64,000 bases of DNA from Eledone cirrhosa (lineage: Eukaryota). Within the stretch, counting starts at the first letter, position 1. Every line of letters begins with the position of its first letter. The stretch spans positions 106,454,001 through 106,518,000 of the forward strand of contig OZ024740.1 of NCBI GenBank assembly GCA_964016885.1, read 5' to 3'. Shown one piece after another: positions 55,029-64,000 of the stretch. The notes under the pieces are model-generated. The model ran no database searches, had not been told where the DNA came from, and saw only the letters and a list, made by a program, of their open reading frames with translations. A program made the translations under genes and the position numbers.

Positions 55029-57355
55029 TGTAGTGACCTACATTCCGCGGGCTCACCTACATTCTCTGTGCGTGATTTGGCTCAGCTCAGCCAATCAGCG
55101 CCAGTCGAAGAGGATGTATCCCTACCCGTTCTGAGGGAGAAATAGCCCGCAAAGATTTGAGGACGCTAAAACTTCCAGCTTCGACCGTGCTAAGGTAAAC
55201 AACCATTTTTCTTGCGCCGTGAAATCACTAGCCAATATGTAACACAACAATTTAACCACGGCCTGGCAACGCTTCTCTCAGCCAGTAGCCCGTGTCTTTC
55301 TGTAATCTTAAATCGTTTGTTTAATTTCTCTTGGCATGCCAGATCAACCTTTGTTAATAAATAATGTAAAAACAAGCTAAAGTCGTGGTCGATATTCCTA
55401 TCATATCTTTCTACCAAACCTGGTTCCTCGTGGCAACCTTACCAACTTCTAAATACTTCTCCGCTAAATTGGTGACTTATATTCAACAAAGAGAAACATT
55501 CTTTTCCTTTATTGGCGGCCCTCGACGATTATGTATGAAAACGCAGCCTATTTGAATTAGCCATTCGTTTTAACGGCGATGTGGAATGGTTTAACATTTG
55601 GAATATTCGAATCGGGTAGCTAGACTCACTTAGCGTAAGTCCATAAAATTCATAATATTCCATTTGTTGAAGCACGCATACAGACAAACACAAAAATACA
55701 ACACAAAAAAAATATTAATTAAAAGAAAAAGGATTTCTCTGGATGTGGAATTTTGCGTTCGGCGTTCTGTTGAAATTACAAATGTAGACTCAGACATTTT
55801 GTTTTCCCGCGTACAGCTTGTCTTCTCCAATCCCAGCCGTCCGATTGGCTGCATCGTGCCACATGACGGCTTCTTCATCACGGACACATTTTTCGATCGG
55901 CCATCATGGAAAATAATTTTTTTTCTTGAGAATATTTTCAAATTTTCTTTAGAATATTTTTAGAAAAAAAATTAGCAGTATTTCAACAACTTTACGCCAC
56001 GAGGAAATTTCAAAACGGCTACCACCAAGTACCACCCATCAGCAGCAACACATGGCTAACTATTAACCAACACCAGGGAACGGCTTGTAACTTTACCGAC
56101 GCAACCACCATACCTTCTGTCCCGTTACCACAAGGACTCGAGAAATTAAAACATTAGTTTTCTCACCATTATGGCGTCAGACGTGGCTGCAATATCGGTG
56201 ACGCTAGGTTCTTCAACGCTCGACTTCTACTCTACAGAAGATTCATTGTGACTTTGAAAAGAAGCGAACTTTTTGTTAAAAGAAAAGAAACAATTCTTTC
56301 TTCCTTTTTTTCAGGCATTTATTTTGGACATTTATTTTTTTTAAACTGTATTATATGAAAATTCATTTCTCTCTATCATTGTATATTGACCGCACGCACA
56401 CATTTTCTTTGCTGTATTACATGCCTGCATATATACACACACCAACATGTTGTTGTCTATAGTATATGATCTTCAAGCGTCCTAATATTCTGCGAAATCC
56501 CTTTTCAGCTTCTGGAGGTACCGAAACATGCTATCGACACTTGCAGCTTAGTTCACCTGCACCGCAACACGAGAATGCTAATTGCAGCTGAACTCAAACA
56601 GTTTCGCATCTCATTGCACATTCATCGTCCATAACAACCTCTATCTTGTTATTTTGCTCAACTCACCGGGAAAACAACAAATAGAACTGGACTTGTCGGC
56701 ATTTCCACCACTTCTGTGGATTCGCCCGAATTATGGAATTTACACTGCAACCCACCTACGGATTAAACTTGCTTTTTTTTCTTTTCAAAGCAACCAGCCA
56801 TTTTTTCCTGGCTCCCTAGCACATTCGGCAATACATCTGGGAGGCCAACATTTTCTCGCCTACCCATCATCTTCTTGCCAGCACTGGTAAACTACCATAA
56901 TAGCTTCGTCCACAGCTACTGGTACAACACTTACCATTAACATTTAATGCAAGAACAGCAACTTCGCCCATGTCAGACTTAATCTGTTTTCTGGTAGACC
57001 TTTGGTGGTCACGTATAAACTACAAAACAGCTAGTCATTTGACAGCGGCTCAACACGGCTCGTCGCGCCTCATTTTTTTTTCTTGCATGCATCTTTCTGC
57101 TCAATTATTTTTTCACTGATGTGCTCTTTCAGCATTTGTTCTTGCTGATTCAATAATCTGCGGGTCCTCGGCTTCATCGTTAACGATTTTCGGCTAAAAA
57201 TCTGCTCGGAGGTGATGTAGTGACCTACATTCCGCGGGCTCACCTACATTCTCTGTGCGTGATTTGGTTCAGCTCAGCCAATCAGCGCCAGTAGAAGAGG
57301 ATGTATCCCTACGCGTTCTGGGGGAGAAATAGCCCGCAAAGATTTGAGGACGCTA
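55029..57355 (+). mobile_element. Non-autonomous LTR element with 140-bp matching direct repeats
   Basis: tgtagtgacc...ggacgcta at 55029-55168 and 57216-57355. Purine-rich ggaggtga before the second repeat. Candidate PBS tggtgac near 55470 would imply a longer LTR truncated on the right. Confidence 0.75.
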
Positions 57356-59255
57356 CGTTCGACACCACTACGGTGACATCGTCCGCATATGCTGACACGG
57401 ATCTTCCGCATCCTAGTTCGCGCGGGACCCCCCCTCAACGTCTCCAGTTTGTGCATTAATGGCTCGAGAGTCAATACGTACAAGAGGGACGAGAGGGGAC
57501 ATCCTTGGCGGACCGAGAGCATGATGTTGAACGGTTCCGAAAATTGACCGTTCACTCTCACCACAGAGCAGATGTCGCTGTGCATGGCAGCGATCCAGCC
57601 TCTGAAGACGGGCCCAAGCCAGCCGCCCTCAGGACTGCCGCTAGGTAACGATGGTCGAAACTATCGAAAGCTTTCGACTGATCTAAATTGATCAAGGACC
57701 CCCCCCCCGTGCCAGGTTCCCTAGCCACCCTCTCCACGTGTATCGCATGAGGTGAAGGTTGTCGTGGATGGATCTGTCGGGAATGGCGAATGTCTGTGCC
57801 TCTCCCACCAGACCACCAACGACAAGCGCCAACCTCTTTTCTAGCGCCTGGGCCAAGATCTTGAACTCTGTGTTTAGCAGTTATGGGCCTGAAATAATCT
57901 ATGTTATCCCCCTTGTTCGGATCCTTTCTCAGCAGCGCCATCGCTCCTCGGCTCACAGAGCTGGAAATTCTCCCGTTCTATTGCCAGTTGCAGTAGACGT
58001 CCGCCAAGAGACCTTCGAACAAGTCTGGCATCTGTACGTAAAGTTCATAGGGCAGACCATCCAAACCAGGCGATTTACCCCTTGTGCAGCCAGTCATTGC
58101 CTCCCGTACTTCAGCGGCTGTTATCGGCTTTTCGCAACACTCCGCCTCAGTGGCCGAGAGACGCGGCAGTCCGTCGAGGTAGACACTAAAGTCCATCCCT
58201 CGATCCCGCTCGCCGCTGCCCCCCAACAACTGAGCGAAGTGTCGCTGAAAAGCTTCACACATTTGCCCGGGATCGAGTAGCATGCGCCCGTCGTGGTCCA
58301 CCAAAGACCGGATCGTGGCTTTGTTGCTCTATTTTTCTCTATTGCGAAAGCCTTACTAAACCTAATGGACTCTATTCTAATCGCTCTTTTCAAAGCAAAC
58401 CACCACTTGTTGTTGACGATGGCCCCCGTCAACGCCCGCTTAACTAGTTCGCTAATCCGGTCTCTGTAGGCCTTGCGCGCTGGTAAGGACGCGTTTAGCT
58501 TCCAGTAGCCGGGTCCTCGTCTATGAAGCTTATCTAAGTCAAGCACACAGATCACGAATTTGTGGTCCGTGTAGCTGACTATCTTGAATTGTGTATAGCC
58601 TATGCTAGACCTATCTATTTCTCTACAAAATACTCTATCTAGATATGATCTGGATGACCCTATGCGATTTGTCCAAGTCCACATTGGCACATTCGGGAAA
58701 TCCAATCTGTACCTGTCAGACAGTTCAAAACGCCTGAGCAGGTTGGTGAGGCTCTTGCACCCTCCTCCCTTATCCGCTAATCCCACACAGTCCCAGCGTG
58801 CATCTAAGATCCCGTTCCAGTCGCCTACTAACACTAAAGAGCGGGACGTTCCAAGAAAGGTCTCCAGACGCCGGAAGAAATCAGGCCGCCCTGCTCCTGT
58901 CGGGGCATAGACGGCCATTAGCCTGAAAGCTTGCCCGTCTCCGCTGGTCACGTCTAGCACCACCAACTTACCTTCTGGGTCCAGGATGATGGCCTGTATG
59001 GAGAGATCCAAACCTCTCCGAAAAAGCACAGCAACTCCACCCCCCGATCCCGGACGGCTGGGAGATGCGTACACATCCTAGCCACCGAAGATCGGTGCTA
59101 AGGCCTGTGCTTCGGAGATTCTGGTTTCGCTGATGGCCACTACATCTATGTTTAGTGACCTGAGGTCGCTGAGCAAGTGGCCCTGCTTCCATGACGACCC
59201 CAAGCCACGCACATTTATGCTGCCTATTCTGAGTGAGGTCATGTTATACTGCCTG
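57356..59255 (-). mobile_element. Tx1/L1-clade LINE ORF2 5' half (AP endonuclease and RT to YADD)
   Basis: MTSLRIGSINVRGL, VAISET, VYAP, GDWN, YLDRVF, TDHK, KSPGLDGLPYE, LDQSKAFD, VRQGCPLS, SAYADDVTV. Several frameshifts. Confidence 0.93.
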
Positions 59256-59269
59256 GATATATATATATG

Positions 59270-60449
59270 AACAAAATCCTCCAAACACACAACATCATAA
59301 AGAGCAAAAGACAACCTAAATCCATAAAAAACATCCTCACACAAGCCAAAATCCAACAAACCCTCACAATGAACCCTACAGTAACAAAATGCGGAAGGCC
59401 CAACTGTGGCATATGCATAAAGCTAATAGGAGGTTCAACATTCCATTTTAAACAAGGACAACATTTCACAGTTAAACACAACTTTACATGTGCATCTGTA
59501 AACCTAATCTATGTTTTGACCTGCTCATAGGACAGACAAAATACAGCCTCCGACAACGTATGACCGTCCATAAATCACAAATACAGGAACACAGAAAGAT
59601 TGCATTTAGTGAACATATCGCCAATTGTGCTCACAATATCCAAACTTTAAAATGTTCCCCATTTACAAATTCATAGACAACGCTACTTTCATCCATCGTA
59701 CTAATAAGGAAACATATTTCATTAACAAATTTCAACCTCTACTTAATGCACTAAACTTCAGGCCAAACTAAAACTGGAACAAACATTTTCAAGAATTACC
59801 TCCCTCACACCCTAACTAATCCTTTTTCTTAAATAAATTAAATACCATCGAGCATGAATTGCCTCCCCTGCATTAACTCTCTAAAAAGGGAGATCATATC
59901 AAACCAAAGTCCGCCATTTGCCTCCATCATGGATCAACTAAGCACTCTTGCTATATTAACACATTTGGATCTGCTTAACTTCAAGAACTATGCCTGTAAA
60001 TAACATTATTTTTTCTTTCACATTGACTTTTTATGCTCCACATTACGTTCCTCTTTTTCTTTTTTCTTTTTTCTTTTTTCTTTTTTCTTTTTTCTTTTTT
60101 CTTTTTTCTTTTTTCTTTTCACTTCATAAACCTTGTTTGTTAATAACATTATTCTTTCTGCACCATTTCTTTAACATATGCAACACCACCATTCTACACT
60201 AATACATATCACTATCATTTGATAATGCATACAAATGCTGAAACCGGTAATAGACAATTATTAAATATATAAATAGATAAATAAATGCCATTGTTAATTA
60301 ATAAATAAATCAACTAATACCTTAACACTTCACACAAAGTAAAATATTTCGTTTTAATCATTTTCTAACCCAGAAAAAAGAGAGAAAGAAATAAAAAGGG
60401 AAAAAAATATATTTTTCTTCCTAATAATCGTCTCTTTCTCCCTGTTTTC
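59270..60449 (+). mobile_element. Penelope-like element 3' fragment (Cys linker, GIY-YIG, pLTR)
   Basis: KCGRPNCGIC...HNFTCASVNLIYVLTC / IGQTKYSLRQRMTVH / KETYFINKFQPLLN. Bounded by (TA)n. Confidence 0.88.
60215..60254 (+). ncRNA. Minimal hammerhead, U3-A8 core, in the Penelope pLTR
   Basis: tcat TTGATAA t-gcat acaa atgc-t GAAA ccgg TA ataga. Confidence 0.62.
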
Positions 60450-60479
60450 ATATATATATATGTATATATATATATATAC

Positions 60480-60522
<43 letters not shown>

Positions 60523-60575
60523 TATATATACACATATATATATATATATACACACATATATATATATATATACAC

Positions 60576-60606
<31 letters not shown>

Positions 60607-60637
60607 TATATATATATATATACACATATATATATAT

Positions 60638-60686
<49 letters not shown>

Positions 60687-60966
60687 CATACATATATATA
60701 TATATAAATGTAATCTGAGTTTTTCGAATATTAATAATAATATTCGATTCGTTTGCAATTATGCAAACAAGCCTCTTTTTTAAAGTCATGTCAGTAGAAT
60801 GAACCCCTCATTTTGCTCTTGTGTTGGCATGTAAACAGAACTGCAGACACTAATGTTTCCGGTATAGTTCACTGTTCACCTGCTAACTGTCAGAGCTAGT
60901 GAAAATATATATTTTCTAAAATATACAGAGACTGATCGGCCTGATTTGCATATTAGCATACTATAT

Positions 60967-61085
<119 letters not shown>

Positions 61086-61157
61086 ACGTCTGAGAGAACG
61101 GAGTAGTCAATACCGAAATAGAGTTGTAATATTCATTTAAATTAAGGCTAAAAAGTG

Positions 61158-61211
61158 ATTCTTGTTACTCAGGAGTTTCGCCTGTTTTTCACAGGGTCAT
61201 CAGACCAGAAT
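61158..61211 (-). ncRNA. Type I hammerhead in fold-back 61130-61289
   Basis: attctggt CTGATGA c-cctgt gaaaa acagg-c GAAA ctcctgag TA acaagaat. The opposite arm has a mutated core (CTGCTAA / GAAC). Confidence 0.72.
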
Positions 61212-61286
61212 TTGTCTGCTAACCCTGTGAGAAACAGGCGAACCTCCAGAGTATCAAGATTCACTTTTTAGCCTTAATTCAAATGA

Positions 61287-62375
<1,089 letters not shown>

Positions 62376-62377
<2 letters not shown>

Positions 62378-62543
62378 AAAATAGTCAGGACCCCGACGGC
62401 TGAGCTGCAGCCCTTTCGACAGCTAGATCCGAACTAGCTGTCGAAACGGTCGGAGTTCAGCCGTTGGGGTCCTGACTCTTTTCCTAATACCCACTCTACT
62501 ACCCTAAGTATCGAGTACTCTGGTGCGTTATGGTCCACCTGGT
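62376..62543. mobile_element. Fold-back element F1 copy
   Basis: Hairpin agtcaggaccccgacggctgagct...agttcagccgttggggtcctgact plus the same tail as 2025-2103. Confidence 0.82.
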
Positions 62544-62561
62544 ATTCGACCTCACCTTCTT

Positions 62562-63131
<570 letters not shown>

Positions 63132-63656
63132 ATATATATATACAGAGAGAGAGAGGGGGGGGTATCTGTATCTAAATATCTTTCTCTTTACTTCAAGCTT
63201 TATTCTCACCTTCTTTATCTCATTTCATTATTATATGCGTGCTTCAGGAAAATTATGGAAATATGCAAATGTCTATAGCTATTATGATTCTTTATCCAGC
63301 CATTTTCTTAACAGCAAGGAATCACCAACGTTACACCGTTTTATGCCACTCTAATTATTTCCATAATGAATTACTGATGTAGACAAAAGTAAAGTTGGTT
63401 TTGGCACACTGTCGTCATTCTATGGATAATTACGACTGAAGATTTAATCATTATAATATGAGCACGCATATATATAAATATATATATATATATATCAAGT
63501 AAGAATATTTTCGAAACAGCGAGCGAGTTTTGAGTATTGACGTACATGTACGTCAATACTCATCTTTTTCCATTTCTCCGAGGATTCTTAACCCCACTAT
63601 CAGGGTAAATAATTTTCTTTAATTTCTTTAGTCAAAATATGGCGATAGCTTACATT

Positions 63657-63720
<64 letters not shown>

Positions 63721-63723
<3 letters not shown>

Positions 63724-63941
63724 GGTGAGTCATAAGTAAGTAAGTGAGTCCAATATTTCTATTGAAAATGATAATATATACGAAAGTTCTGATTATATAT
63801 TACGAAATTATAAATGTATATAACAAAAGTAGTTACAAAATATAACCATGGCTGATCACACAAATAAGCGGTTGTTCAAACACGTATCTGTGAACCTTGC
63901 AACAAAAATGGTTTCACTGCCCAGTTACTTATGACTCACTG
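63721..63941. mobile_element. Tc1/mariner-type MITE in (TA)n
   Basis: cagggtgagtcataagtaa versus ttacttatgactcactg. Confidence 0.65.
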
Positions 63942-63948
63942 TTCATAT

Positions 63949-64000
<52 letters not shown>

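Overview
AT-rich, gene-free eukaryotic DNA packed with (TA)n, (CA)n, (GA)n and (TACA)n microsatellites and nested transposable elements. The repeat content (one very abundant tRNA-derived SINE plus RTE, R4/Dong, Tx1, CRE and Penelope fragments) suggests an octopus or other coleoid cephalopod genome; this is inference. No host exon was recognised, and most ORFs in the track are microsatellite translations. Recognisable coding remnants are all retroelement pieces: RTE LINEs (1-1822, 22270-23390), Tx1 LINEs (16170-17838, 32005-33195, 57356-59255), R4/Dong LINEs (24590-26990, 53230-55028), a CRE-type tail, a Gypsy pol relic and four Penelope GIY-YIG fragments. There are also two non-autonomous LTR elements, one very young with a 4-bp TSD. 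The main hidden signal is that many short non-coding islands between (TA)n tracts carry type I hammerhead ribozyme folds: about 20 with intact or compensated cores plus about 10 decayed, read by eye. They belong to many unrelated families, usually arranged as tandem plus fold-back repeats with a unique tail, like Penelope pseudo-LTRs. The catalytic 3-8 pair occurs as C-G, U-A (four families) and G-C. Folds were assigned manually; none has been computed or tested.
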